Notes: a model not told the origin generated them from the letters alone. A DNA stretch of 64,000 bases from Desulfatiglandales bacterium (GCA_963667015.2 CAXXJJ010000001.1:352001-416000), one strand, 5' to 3'; positions 1 through 9,406 are shown, counted from the stretch's first letter. A program made the numbers and translations.

Positions 1-2
1 AC

Positions 3-161
3 AGCGCAGAACTTGTGGAGGAAGATCCCGAAATATTCGGCAAATCAGTTGCAGCCCTGAACCGAATCCCTGGCCTTAAAATGCTGGGAGGCTGCTGCGG
101 TACAGATGACAGGCATATAAGGGCACTGGCCTCAGAGCTTGCTGAAAAGGAGATCCCATGA
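3..161 (+). CDS. Homocysteine S-methyltransferase family protein, C-terminal part (runs in from window edge)
   Basis: Frame 3 reads ...PGLKMLGGCCGTDDRHIRALASELAEKEIP*; GGCCGT is the Zn-binding motif of this family; stop overlaps the next ATG (ATGA). Confidence 0.75.
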   Translation, partial: SAELVEEDPEIFGKSVAALNRIPGLKMLGGCCGTDDRHIRALASELAEKEIP

Positions 162-1096
162 AAGTCTTTAACAAGGGATATTACAAATATTCGATTTTTC
201 TTCTGGCATTATATTTTTTATTCCCCGGATGCAGTCCTGATAAGGAATTTAAATTCACCTTCAACAGAAAGGATGGGGAGGCATATATTCAGAGATTGTC
301 GGTCACCAGGGAAAGGCAGACCGGAGAGACCGGCATTCAAATGGATGATACCCTTTCCGTTACACGGGTTACATGCAAAAAGACCAGCGAAGGATGGGAT
401 ATAGATTCCAAACCGCAGAGCAGGGTAATGATGAGAAACGGGAAGGAAGTAACAAATCCGCTGCTTGCCCTGCTCTCTGATTTTGTAATTACTTATAAAC
501 TCGATAAGGATGGAGAAATAAAGGATATTGCAGGATATGAAAAAGTGCTGGAAGCAATTAAATCGCAGTATCATCCTGGAATAGCAGAAGATATCGCATC
601 ATCCCTTGATATAGATACTCTCAAACAGAGAGAATTTACTGAATGGGACGGAAGAATTGGAAATTATATTAATAAGGAATTTTCTATAGGGGATGTCTGG
701 GAGTCCGAAACACCTTTTATCCTGCCAAATGGAGCAAAGCTGACCTATAAGGTAAAAACACATTTTAAGGAAATGGTTCAGTATAAAAATGTCAAATGTG
801 TGGTGATTGAGCAGACATACGGCGATACGGGCGAAGGCATAACTGATCTGGTAAATGATGTAGCAGAATCAGTCTCAACGGAAGAAGAAAACAGGAATGA
901 TAAATCCATTAAGTCAGGCAAAATAAGCTCTTCAATAACAGGGAAGGTTACACGCCTTATAGATCCGTCAACAATGAATATCTATAAGGAAGATGCGGAA
1001 AGAATTATCCGCATGGAAATGGATGTGCCTGGAGCCAAAGGAATCCCTGTTAAAATAACAGAAACCCGGTCCTATGAATATGAGTATGAAAATTAG
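158..1096 (+). CDS. Hypothetical lipoprotein
   Basis: 312-aa ORF with hydrophobic N-terminus and lipobox-like LFPGC. Confidence 0.7.
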   Translation: MKVFNKGYYKYSIFLLALYFLFPGCSPDKEFKFTFNRKDGEAYIQRLSVTRERQTGETGIQMDDTLSVTRVTCKKTSEGWDIDSKPQSRVMMRNGKEVTNPLLALLSDFVITYKLDKDGEIKDIAGYEKVLEAIKSQYHPGIAEDIASSLDIDTLKQREFTEWDGRIGNYINKEFSIGDVWESETPFILPNGAKLTYKVKTHFKEMVQYKNVKCVVIEQTYGDTGEGITDLVNDVAESVSTEEENRNDKSIKSGKISSSITGKVTRLIDPSTMNIYKEDAERIIRMEMDVPGAKGIPVKITETRSYEYEYEN

Positions 1097-1251
1097 AAAT
1101 GCCGGAAAACCGGTCCGGCTGCCCATATCTTAAAGTAAGAATTTCAAAAAAGATAGTTATGTGATATACACAGTCTGAGACCGGGGATAATAGAATATAA
1201 ATTCCGGAAATATGCACCTGTCTTTAAAAAATCTTCTCCGCGGGGCAAAAA

Positions 1252-1908
1252 TTGACGAAATCATTAAAAATCAGATCTCAAAAAGTTATTCTTGAGGGCC
1301 TGGACGCATTGTGCTGTATCTTCTGGGGTCCGGATCCGGATCAATGCAGGACACTTCTGGATGGGTCTTTTTCTGAAGTTTTTGAGTCCGTTGAAAATGA
1401 TCTGGATATTGATATCCACCAGGGGCTTGAAAAATTCAGGTCTATTTTAGACGCGTATGATGATCCGGAAAATCTATTCCTGAAGCTGAATGAAGAGTAT
1501 GTGAGATTATTCATCAGCAATCTGAATGGAATTACAGCACCACTGTTTGAGTCCTGCTATGAGTATGAAAACGCACCGCTGATGGGGCCGGCTGCAATGA
1601 GGATGAAGGAATTTCTTGATTCCGCCGGGCTTGATATATCCGATGATTTTAACGAACCCCCGGATCATCTGTGTATCGAGCTTGAAATGCTCTATTTTAT
1701 CCTGGAAAAGGGATGGAAAAGTAAAAAGAACGCTCAGTTAAAGGAGGCTGAAGCCTTTATATCAAAGGTGATGCTTCCATGGATAGATACCTTTTATAAC
1801 AGGCTGGCTTTTGAATATCCGGACTGTTTTTATACCATTTCGGCCTATATGCTGCTGGAGCTTTTACAATCTGTCAGAAAATCACTTGCCCTGCTTCTCA
1901 AGAGGTAA
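1252..1908 (+). CDS. TorD/DmsD family molybdoenzyme maturation chaperone
   Basis: EYVRLF, PLFESCY and EPPDHLCIELE motifs; near a Tat-exported molybdoenzyme operon. Confidence 0.9.
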   Translation: MTKSLKIRSQKVILEGLDALCCIFWGPDPDQCRTLLDGSFSEVFESVENDLDIDIHQGLEKFRSILDAYDDPENLFLKLNEEYVRLFISNLNGITAPLFESCYEYENAPLMGPAAMRMKEFLDSAGLDISDDFNEPPDHLCIELEMLYFILEKGWKSKKNAQLKEAEAFISKVMLPWIDTFYNRLAFEYPDCFYTISAYMLLELLQSVRKSLALLLKR

Positions 1909-2361
1909 ACCCGCGTCCCTCCACTTAAAAAAACCCTGTGGAAACCTGCTTACATTTTTATACCCGAGGCGCACGGCCCATGAAGCGGCAATCCCGCTCT
2001 TGAGTCACCTGAAACCGCGGCAGTAGATAATGATTTTATTGTCTTTATCTGTGCCCAGGAGCTTTAAAAAGATCTCTTTTTTTTCCGGTTTGAGCTGAAG
2101 TTTATCTCCCAGGTCAAACTCCAGATTTACTGCATCCGGCAGGTGTCCGTCATTAAATTCATACTCTGTCCTGGTATCCAGGATCAGAAAGGGATGTTTT
2201 GACTCATAAAGCTTCTTAAGTTCATCCAGTGTTACAAGGCGGTAGTCATCTCTTTCTGCCTCAGCCGCCAGCTGCTTCCACCAGACAGGGCGCTCACCCG
2301 CCAGAGCACTGGAAGAGATAAAAATGAAAATATAAAGAATTATAAGGATGAGTCTCATCAT
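1882..2361 (-). CDS. Exported rhodanese-like sulfurtransferase, probable selenoprotein (in-frame UGA at 2005-2007)
   Basis: Rhodanese motifs ILDTR..EF..GHLPDA and IIIYCRGFR, then UGA, then in-frame LKSGIAASWAVRLGYKNVSRFPQGFFKWRDAGLPLEKQGK*, the canonical rhodanese C-terminus. Confidence 0.8.
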
Positions 2362-2390
2362 TAGTGCCTAAAATAAAGTGTATCTTTAAT

Positions 2391-2420
2391 AAAAAAGCGC
2401 CCCCGGCAAAGGCCGGGGGC
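2391..2420 (-). terminator. Rho-independent terminator after the phs-like operon
   Basis: Minus strand GCCCCCGGC-CTTT-GCCGGGGGC followed by GCTTTTTT. Confidence 0.8.
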
Positions 2421-2583
2421 AAGGACACTTTTTAAATACAGACACCCCTCCCGATAAGGAAAACCTCAAAGCCTGATAAAAGTGTCCTTATCGACCCGGA
2501 TTTCACAATAAAAAGCGTATGTTAGGTTGCCGCGAAAACTTTCATCCCGCGGTTACGCTAAGGTGTGACTGCTCCATCCGGGT

Positions 2584-3282
2584 CTAGCTTTTTATCCTGT
2601 CATACCAGAGCTTATGGTGATGTTCCGCATAATCCTCCGGTACCTTTCCTGTAAACATGGAGGTAAATGCAGGCTTTTCCCCTGCAGCAATACCTGCCAT
2701 GTAAACGTGTATAAACAATCCCGCAAAAACCAGCATAACTGTCACAAAGTGGATGAGTATTGCCCATTGCACTATGCCCGTGTCAGTAATCCATTTGTCA
2801 GAGACTGCCATGATAAAACCTGTCACAGCGATAATAATGCCTCCGAACAGCGATGGTATTGCAAAGATCTTCTGCCCGACATTATAGAATCCCTGGTCCG
2901 GCAGACGGGGATCAAGACCCAGTTTTTTCAACGCCTTGTTCCCCAGAACCATGTAAATTCCTTTTTTAATGAGCCACATTGTGTCCTGATAGGGAGAAAC
3001 CGTCATGACTTCCTTTACAAAGGGAATAACATGTTTTTTACAGAAGATTATGCTGTACAGTATAAACCCTCCGCTCCATATAAATCCTGCGATTATATGG
3101 GCTGCCAGAAGTGCTTCGCCGCTCCCGAAAACACTATGCATCAGGTTTGCCCACCCGCCCCCGGCGATCTGAAGATCCGGGTTTTTTATAAGCCCCAGGC
3201 CGGTGAGGAGGAGAAAAATCCAGCAAACTGCGTTAAACCAGTGCATAAAGATGTTTATTTTGTCATGTCGTTTTATCTGCAT
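2584..3282 (-). CDS. Cytochrome b membrane anchor subunit (FdnI/PhsC-like)
   Basis: HWFNA, conserved His residues, QGFYNVGQK and SMFTGKV..YA..HH..WY motifs; about 4 TM helices. Confidence 0.85.
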   Translation of the reverse strand: MQIKRHDKINIFMHWFNAVCWIFLLLTGLGLIKNPDLQIAGGGWANLMHSVFGSGEALLAAHIIAGFIWSGGFILYSIIFCKKHVIPFVKEVMTVSPYQDTMWLIKKGIYMVLGNKALKKLGLDPRLPDQGFYNVGQKIFAIPSLFGGIIIAVTGFIMAVSDKWITDTGIVQWAILIHFVTVMLVFAGLFIHVYMAGIAAGEKPAFTSMFTGKVPEDYAEHHHKLWYDRIKS

Positions 3283-3283
3283 G

Positions 3284-4042
3284 TTAATTGTCTCCTTCCT
3301 CTTTTCTCTCCTGGTCAGCGGGGTCGTCCTTTACCAGAAGCTGTTTCCCAAGCATGACCAGGGCGCCAAGGATATTCAAGCCGACAATACCCCACATAAA
3401 GGGATTGATTGCCTTCCAGATCTGCATGGCCGCAGGCATCTCTGCCTTTACCGGCCAGTTCAGAGGGGCAGTAGCCGACATATAATAGATATTCGGTTTT
3501 GTATCTGTTTCAGGATTTATGACCCTTACAAAACTGTTTTTTTGCAACAGTCGGCGTACGTCACTTTCAGGATCATTGATATCCCCGAATACTCTTGCCT
3601 TTGTGGGGCAGGTAACAACACAGGCGGGTAATTCGCCTCTCTCGCGTCTGTCCTGGCAGAAGTCGCATTTGTCTACCTTTTTCTTTTCAACATGACGATA
3701 CCTGGCGCCATAGGGGCATGCTGGTATGCAGTTTCCGCAGCCTATGCACAATTCCTCGTTAACAAGTACTGTACCGTCTTCAGGGCTCTTGTAAGTGGCG
3801 CCTGTAGGGCATGCCTGTACGCATGTGGCATTGTCGCAATGCATGCAGTTTCCCGGCTGGAAATGGGCGGAACCGGCTTTTTTTAATCTTCCCTGGTCAT
3901 CAAAGTCAGGTTCCTGACCCTTTACCCAGTTTCTCCAGTGACCTTCGGATACATTGTTTTCAACCTTGCATGCAGCCATGCACGCCTTGCAGTCAATACA
4001 GGAAGAAGAATCTATCACCATGGCAAGTTGTGTATTTTTCAT
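3284..4042 (-). CDS. Fe-S subunit (PhsB/PsrB/DmsB-like)
   Basis: Four Cys clusters (CIDCKACMAAC, CMHCDNATCVQAC, CIGCGNCIPACP, KCDFC..PACVVTCP) and a C-terminal TM helix. Confidence 0.9.
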   Translation of the reverse strand: MKNTQLAMVIDSSSCIDCKACMAACKVENNVSEGHWRNWVKGQEPDFDDQGRLKKAGSAHFQPGNCMHCDNATCVQACPTGATYKSPEDGTVLVNEELCIGCGNCIPACPYGARYRHVEKKKVDKCDFCQDRRERGELPACVVTCPTKARVFGDINDPESDVRRLLQKNSFVRVINPETDTKPNIYYMSATAPLNWPVKAEMPAAMQIWKAINPFMWGIVGLNILGALVMLGKQLLVKDDPADQERKEEGDN

Positions 4043-6243
4043 GACTGGCTCCTTGATATGCTGACAAATGTTTCGTGCATGGCCATATTTCCGGAAAGAA
4101 GATCCGCCTTATCCTCCAGAATCTCTGAGATACATCCGCCCTTCCCGTATATCTTTGTCAGGCCTTTTGAAAGCACACCAAAACCGCTTGCCATATAGAC
4201 CGTATCCGGCCGGATTCCCTTTTTAAATGCTGCCTTGAGCTCAGTCTTTCCTGCATCGCTCTTTACTAAAACCATGTCCCCGTCTTTAATACCAAGCCGT
4301 TCTGCGGAAACAGGATTTATCCAGAGACCGTTTTCAGGCATAAACTCATATAAGAGCCGGTTGTTGTGGTTGGTACAATGGGTAAAATATGCATTCCTGC
4401 CAAGGACCATTCGAAACCGGTCCGAAGGGATTTCTTCAGGGGCGTGATATACCGGCATTGGATCAAGCCCGAGGTCTCCGTAGCGTTCATTGTGAAGCTC
4501 TATCTTTTTTGACCGGGTCCTGAAGAGCTTGCCTTCATATACCCCGTATAGCTGACCGGGATTATAATAAACACCATCCTCCTTCAGCGCCTTAGGCGCA
4601 TCCGGCAGATTGCTTAACTGCTCGTTTCTGTAAGATTCTATTGTAAAATCAAAATATTCACCGAGATCCATCCTCTTTGCCAGCTCCTTTACAATCCAGA
4701 ATGCCGGCTTTGACTCAAAAAGCTCGGGTACGACAGGATCGCGTGTTACAACACATGCACATGCCGACGATCCCTGAAGTCCGCTCGCACAGTCCTGTCT
4801 TTCAAGATAGCTGGGGGCAGGCAGCACAAGGTCCGAAACCCATGCCGTATCACTCATGGTGATGTCTATGGTCATCATGAAATCCAGTTTATCTATCATT
4901 TCCAGGGTCTTGCTACGGTTGGCAACCGACTGCAGCGGATTATATTTGTATACAAACCATCCCCTAACAGGGTAAGGCTCCTGGGCAATGATTCCGTCAC
5001 GCATGTGTTTGAAAGATCCCTCTTCTTCAAAAAGCATATGGGCCTTTCCATAGTCGATGCGATCCTCCGGGTTGTCATCATAAAAAGGCGCTTCCGGAAG
5101 CTGCACGGACTTGAGCCCGACCTGCCTGGCCGCCACGAGTCCGCCCGGCTGATCCCAGTTCCCCAGAAGGGCGTTAACAATAGCCATGGCCCTTCTGATC
5201 TGTGTGGAGTTTGTATAATCCGAGGTTCGCCTTCCAGGGTAAACCATGGCAGAGGGGGCGGCATCCGCAAGTTCCCTTGCTATACGCCTGATGTTTTCTG
5301 CCGGGATTTCGCATTCCTTTGATGCCCATTCGGGGGTATACGGCTTTACATGTTCGGTCAGCTCCTCCAGACCGTAAAGTTTTTCATCCGCAAACTTCTG
5401 GTCATAGAGTTTTTCCTGGGTAATCACATGGGCAAGGGCCAGAAAAAAGGCCATGTCGGTACCCGGCTTTACAGGATACCACTCATCGGCCATTGCCGCG
5501 GTTTTTGTATAACGAGGGTCAAGAACTACAAGTTTGCACCCATTCTTCCTGGCGGTCATTAAATCGATACTGTCAGGAGTAATAAGTGCCTCGAATGGAT
5601 TTGCGCCCGAGGTGATGATATATCTGGTATAAAGTACATCGGCAGAAGGGACTTCACCAAACGTATCAAGGTAGGCGCGGTTCCTGCTTAAAAGACAGCT
5701 GGATTCATGGGTGCAAACATTGTAAGACCCGAAAACCTCGGCAAAACGGTGAACAAAGGTTGACTGAAGATCAGACCCGGGGGTAAACAATACCCCGCAT
5801 CTGCTGTATTTCTCAGCTATCTTTTTTAATTCTCCTGCAGCATGGTCAAGAGCCTCTTCCCAGGAAATGCGCTTCCATTTTCCCTCGCCTCTTTTACCTG
5901 TTCTAAGCAACGGGTATTTAAGCCGGTCAGGGTCATAGAGCTGCTGAATTCCTGCATTGCCTTTTGCGCAGAGCATCCCCCTTGATTTTAAAAATTTGGG
6001 ATTAGGATCGAGTTTTTTTACAACTCCGTCTTCCACCCTTGCAATAAGACCGCACTTGTTAAGGCACATGTCGCAGGCTGAATATTTATGTTCAACATTT
6101 CTATTTTTTTTCTTCTTTTTATCAGCAGGAACCAGTGCATGAAGAACAGGGGACTGTGAACCGGTTACTGCTGCGGCTCCCGCCGCACCGGTCCACTTGA
6201 GAAAGCTTCGTCGTGTTACGGGTCTATCTATAAATTTTGCCAT
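4039..6243 (-). CDS. Molybdopterin oxidoreductase catalytic subunit, thiosulfate/polysulfide reductase (PhsA/PsrA)-like
   Basis: Tat signal TRRSFLK; CDMCLNKC..LCAKG 4Fe-4S motif; HESSC Mo-ligand region; SDLVLP. Confidence 0.88.
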   Translation of the reverse strand: MAKFIDRPVTRRSFLKWTGAAGAAAVTGSQSPVLHALVPADKKKKKNRNVEHKYSACDMCLNKCGLIARVEDGVVKKLDPNPKFLKSRGMLCAKGNAGIQQLYDPDRLKYPLLRTGKRGEGKWKRISWEEALDHAAGELKKIAEKYSRCGVLFTPGSDLQSTFVHRFAEVFGSYNVCTHESSCLLSRNRAYLDTFGEVPSADVLYTRYIITSGANPFEALITPDSIDLMTARKNGCKLVVLDPRYTKTAAMADEWYPVKPGTDMAFFLALAHVITQEKLYDQKFADEKLYGLEELTEHVKPYTPEWASKECEIPAENIRRIARELADAAPSAMVYPGRRTSDYTNSTQIRRAMAIVNALLGNWDQPGGLVAARQVGLKSVQLPEAPFYDDNPEDRIDYGKAHMLFEEEGSFKHMRDGIIAQEPYPVRGWFVYKYNPLQSVANRSKTLEMIDKLDFMMTIDITMSDTAWVSDLVLPAPSYLERQDCASGLQGSSACACVVTRDPVVPELFESKPAFWIVKELAKRMDLGEYFDFTIESYRNEQLSNLPDAPKALKEDGVYYNPGQLYGVYEGKLFRTRSKKIELHNERYGDLGLDPMPVYHAPEEIPSDRFRMVLGRNAYFTHCTNHNNRLLYEFMPENGLWINPVSAERLGIKDGDMVLVKSDAGKTELKAAFKKGIRPDTVYMASGFGVLSKGLTKIYGKGGCISEILEDKADLLSGNMAMHETFVSISRSQS

Positions 6244-6262
6244 TAGAGGCTCCCTTTATCAG

Positions 6263-6592
6263 CTATTTACACTTCGCCGGTGACGGTGAATCAAACGCAT
6301 GCCCGTGAAGGTAACTCAGTATATCTTTGAGCTCGTCTTCTGACAGGGCTTTCCATGCATCTTCACAGCCAAAAACTTCCCAGTCCTTTTTCTCAAAAAC
6401 CCTTTCCCACTGGGCCTGAGTCTTTGAATCAGGGCTTACCGGTATAGCCTCTTCTCCATGACATGCCTTGTACGTTGTGCGGTAAAGATGTTTACCCTTT
6501 CGTTTGTTGCCTTCTTTTCCTGCTATTGCAGGGGATATAAAGGTAAAAACCAGAATAAGTGATATTAAGGTAATCCATGTTCTTTTTTTCAT
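6263..6592 (-). CDS. Small periplasmic cytochrome c-like protein (YxxCH variant)
   Basis: Signal peptide, GNKRKGK..YKACH, KTQAQW, YLHGHA.DSP. Confidence 0.65.
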   Translation of the reverse strand: MKKRTWITLISLILVFTFISPAIAGKEGNKRKGKHLYRTTYKACHGEEAIPVSPDSKTQAQWERVFEKKDWEVFGCEDAWKALSEDELKDILSYLHGHAFDSPSPAKCK

Positions 6593-6611
6593 TTTAATCC
6601 TCCATTATTTT

Positions 6612-6914
6612 TTAAAAGACCACGTAACGGTCACAGTTTTTAAAAATCTCAGCATGTTTTGCCTGTGTTTCAAAAATGGCCGGCTCTATTTCCGGCAGGC
6701 CATTCAACCCCAGTGAACGGCAGCTGAAATCACACACAGCAATATTTGCCTTTCCCTTTAATTTTTTAAAATCACCTGATTCGATCAGCTTTACAGCCCT
6801 TCCGGTAAAAAATATCCTGATATCTTTCCCCTTGTTAAAGGCTGTTTCAGTAAGGCTGATCACATAATCCAGATGTTTATCCGATGTAACCAGAATCCCC
6901 AGAGTACCTGTCAT
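6612..6914 (-). CDS. DsrE-like protein
   Basis: LGILVTS..IFFTGRAV..VC..CDRYVVF pattern of the DsrE/F fold. Confidence 0.65.
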   Translation of the reverse strand: MTGTLGILVTSDKHLDYVISLTETAFNKGKDIRIFFTGRAVKLIESGDFKKLKGKANIAVCDFSCRSLGLNGLPEIEPAIFETQAKHAEIFKNCDRYVVF

Positions 6915-6959
6915 AGTAAATCCCCTTTTACAGAAATTCGGGATAAATTGTTAACCCTG

Positions 6960-7133
6960 CTACCACCAGCATATAACCTTGTCATATGAAAATATGTCAT
7001 CAACAAGCCTGCTCCAGTCAACATCTCCCTGATACAGGGCCTCCACGGCACTTTCCTCTTCATCGGAAAAACACTCGATAAATCTCTCAACACTAATGCT
7101 GGGCTCCGTTCGAAGCAGATGCAGTACCCTCAT
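6960..7133 (-). CDS. Small protein (57 aa), missed by the ORF track
   Basis: MRVLHLLRTEPSISVERFIECFSDEEESAVEALYQGDVDWSRLVDDIFSYDKVICWW*; GAGGA RBS upstream; fills the operon gap. Confidence 0.75.
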   Translation of the reverse strand: MRVLHLLRTEPSISVERFIECFSDEEESAVEALYQGDVDWSRLVDDIFSYDKVICWW

Positions 7134-7144
7134 AAAGGATTCCT

Positions 7145-7432
7145 CTAAAAAGGAATAACCCGGTCTATCTCTTTAAGCCCCGCGCCAACTTCCCTGAGGC
7201 TCCGGAATGTGAAGCCGTATTCCTCCACATTAACCTGGTTATTCGAATAACATTCGCCCCCAACCTCTTTGAAAAACATCATGTTTTCCCGATAGGCCTC
7301 ATCCATGTTTTCAATTTCACTGTTGAGGACGAACATTTTCACCTGGATATCATTCAGCTGTAATCCTATGCAGGTCATCAACCCGTCATACTGGCGATTA
7401 CTGTCGATAATGATTACAGCCGCTTTCATCAT
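7145..7432 (-). CDS. DsrE/F-like small protein
   Basis: MMKAAVIII..GL....GL.L....V.MFVL..DRVIPF; ATG start just after the upstream stop. Confidence 0.65.
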   Translation of the reverse strand: MMKAAVIIIDSNRQYDGLMTCIGLQLNDIQVKMFVLNSEIENMDEAYRENMMFFKEVGGECYSNNQVNVEEYGFTFRSLREVGAGLKEIDRVIPF

Positions 7433-7440
7433 TATCTTGC

Positions 7441-9174
7441 CTACCACCTGAGAGTGGCTGAGGCATAGGCTCCCCACACCTTGTCAACTATGGCGTTAAG
7501 AGAATCCAGTGCCATGGCATCTTCGATCTTTACCGGTGCGCCAAGCGGGTTTCCGCTTCCTGTATAGTCATAGTCATAATATCTGGCTCCGACTTTAAAG
7601 AAGAAGGTATCACCGAAGACTGGCTGGATATAATAGCCTTCATAAACCTGTCCTCTTGTTGCCGCCTTGCTTCCGATAAGTGAATCTTCCGCACCTGTAA
7701 AACTGAACCAGTATTTTGATCCCCGGTTATATTCGAAACCAAACCTTGCATCTTTGGGCATGGGGAAAACAACACCGGCCCATATACCGTAGCCACTGTG
7801 TGACTCCAGGATTCCGTTTGAGCTCAGAAGACCCTGGCCCATCATCTCATAGAATGGGTTTGTAGATATTCGTGAAGGCTTCGTATGAGTCCATGAACCG
7901 GAAAGGAACATGTCGATATCCGGAAGGTCATCCGAGAACTCGGCCAGGTTTGCCCTTAAAAGCAGCGACAAAGCATCCCAGTCCCCGATGTTTGTCATGG
8001 GCTCGATTCGGCTGATATACCCGCCTGTATTGGCCTCAAAATAGTATTCAGGTATAAGGTCACCATCAGTGTCCTGCTTTGATACAATAAATGGCATAAC
8101 GGTTGTTCCGGTAAATCCGTCTGTAATCTTGGATGCATGGGCATAATTGACGCCAGCGCTCATCCTGCCGTCATCGAACAATGTGGTAATGAATCCAAAC
8201 AGGTGAACATCATCAACATCCGGCCTGGTATCATTAAGCGATGAGCTGTTACCCCAGTCTCCTTCAAAGCCTACGCCGTAACAGAGTTTGAAATCAAAAC
8301 CCGGAATTCCGGTTGCATCTTCAAGGCCAAAGGCCAGTGATGCCCCGTCAAACTGCCAGTTTATGATTGGTGTATAGGGTGAACCTCCCTCAAGACTGTA
8401 ATTGCCATACTCCATTGGAGGGCCGTCTGTTGAGGGACGACGTCCAAGTGAAAAATTGACCGGTACATTCCCCATCCTGCCTTTATAATTAAAATAGGCG
8501 CGTTCCAGGTGAATTGTGTCGCCATGGGGCAGGCTGGTGCTGTTTCCGTCAAAGGTAACATCTCCCAGGCTTCCTCCGTTAAATTTAACACCCGTACTGT
8601 CTCCCCAGACCTTGTAGGCTGCAAGTCTTGCGGCAAAATCCAGCTGGCTGTTAATCTTTGCCTTCATGTTTAAACGGAATTTTGAGGTATAGATTATATC
8701 ATTGTCTGATGAGACCTTTTCTGCCGGGATGCCCATGGAGGCAAATCCGCCCATAATGGCAGGAACCATATTTGCAGGGATTCCGTTAAGGCCGCCACTC
8801 ATTGGATCCGAACCATTGAAAGGCATAAAAAACATGTTGACCAGCCAGTCAGGTGCAAAGAGTGTATCGTCATAATGTATGCTCTCTGCATTTGTTCTGA
8901 GCTCCACGCTCCAAGACAGCTTGTCCGATGCAGTGTGAAGTTCGGCCTTATTGAGCCTTTCATCGATCTCATCGATCTCATCATCCTTTTCCGAGTTTGC
9001 ATTTTCCAGTTTTTCCAGCTTCTCCTGAAGCATCATCATCTGCTGGTTCATCTGCTTCAGCTGAGCCTTTAACTCGTCGACATCATCCGAAGCAAAGGCC
9101 TGGGGTGGTATGGTAAAAACCATGAAAAACAAAAAACCCGAGAAAATAAAACCCGGCCACTTTAATTTATTCAT
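7441..9174 (-). CDS. DUF3373 family outer-membrane protein
   Basis: Signal peptide, N-terminal coiled coil, YKVWGDS, HLERAYF, GRRPSTDGPP, terminal aromatic residue. Confidence 0.8.
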   Translation of the reverse strand: MNKLKWPGFIFSGFLFFMVFTIPPQAFASDDVDELKAQLKQMNQQMMMLQEKLEKLENANSEKDDEIDEIDERLNKAELHTASDKLSWSVELRTNAESIHYDDTLFAPDWLVNMFFMPFNGSDPMSGGLNGIPANMVPAIMGGFASMGIPAEKVSSDNDIIYTSKFRLNMKAKINSQLDFAARLAAYKVWGDSTGVKFNGGSLGDVTFDGNSTSLPHGDTIHLERAYFNYKGRMGNVPVNFSLGRRPSTDGPPMEYGNYSLEGGSPYTPIINWQFDGASLAFGLEDATGIPGFDFKLCYGVGFEGDWGNSSSLNDTRPDVDDVHLFGFITTLFDDGRMSAGVNYAHASKITDGFTGTTVMPFIVSKQDTDGDLIPEYYFEANTGGYISRIEPMTNIGDWDALSLLLRANLAEFSDDLPDIDMFLSGSWTHTKPSRISTNPFYEMMGQGLLSSNGILESHSGYGIWAGVVFPMPKDARFGFEYNRGSKYWFSFTGAEDSLIGSKAATRGQVYEGYYIQPVFGDTFFFKVGARYYDYDYTGSGNPLGAPVKIEDAMALDSLNAIVDKVWGAYASATLRW

Positions 9175-9262
9175 TTTTGCCTCCTAAAATATTTTGCATG
9201 TTATAAAATCAAACCCTTCTGTTTTTTAATGAATGAAATAAATATGATTCTGCCCGGGTTTT

Positions 9263-9279
9263 TGCGAGGATTGTGCCAA
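9263..9279 (-). promoter_or_regulatory. sigma54 (-24/-12) promoter of the DUF3373-phs operon
   Basis: Minus strand TTGGCAC-AATCC-TCGCA, about 90 bp upstream of the start codon, next to a divergent sigma54 activator. Confidence 0.8.
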
Positions 9280-9406
9280 AATTAAATAATTTATATCTCA
9301 TTGATATTATGGTATATTTCATGGCACTCTTCATTGACATACCCATTTACAGGTGTTAACTTAACACTATTTAGGTTAACAGGTTAACAGCCCTTAACAC
9401 AGGGAG

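Noticed and set aside
2421..2489. Moco/Tuco riboswitch
   Set aside because: Only a short CCTCCC..GGAAA resemblance, on the strand with no downstream gene; other motif elements not seen
2614..3357. Long antisense ORFs (e.g. 2614-3357, 9838-10461, 56368-57294)
   Set aside because: Shadows of well-supported genes on the opposite strand, with no motifs of their own
4039..6243. Selenocysteine in the molybdoenzyme catalytic subunits
   Set aside because: Both large subunits are uninterrupted full-length ORFs
6911..7093. 60-aa ORF from the track
   Set aside because: The overlapping frame 6960-7133 has an RBS, an ATG and a more protein-like sequence
9322..9338. Second sigma54 promoter on the plus strand (TGGCAC)
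   Set aside because: No GC at the -12 position
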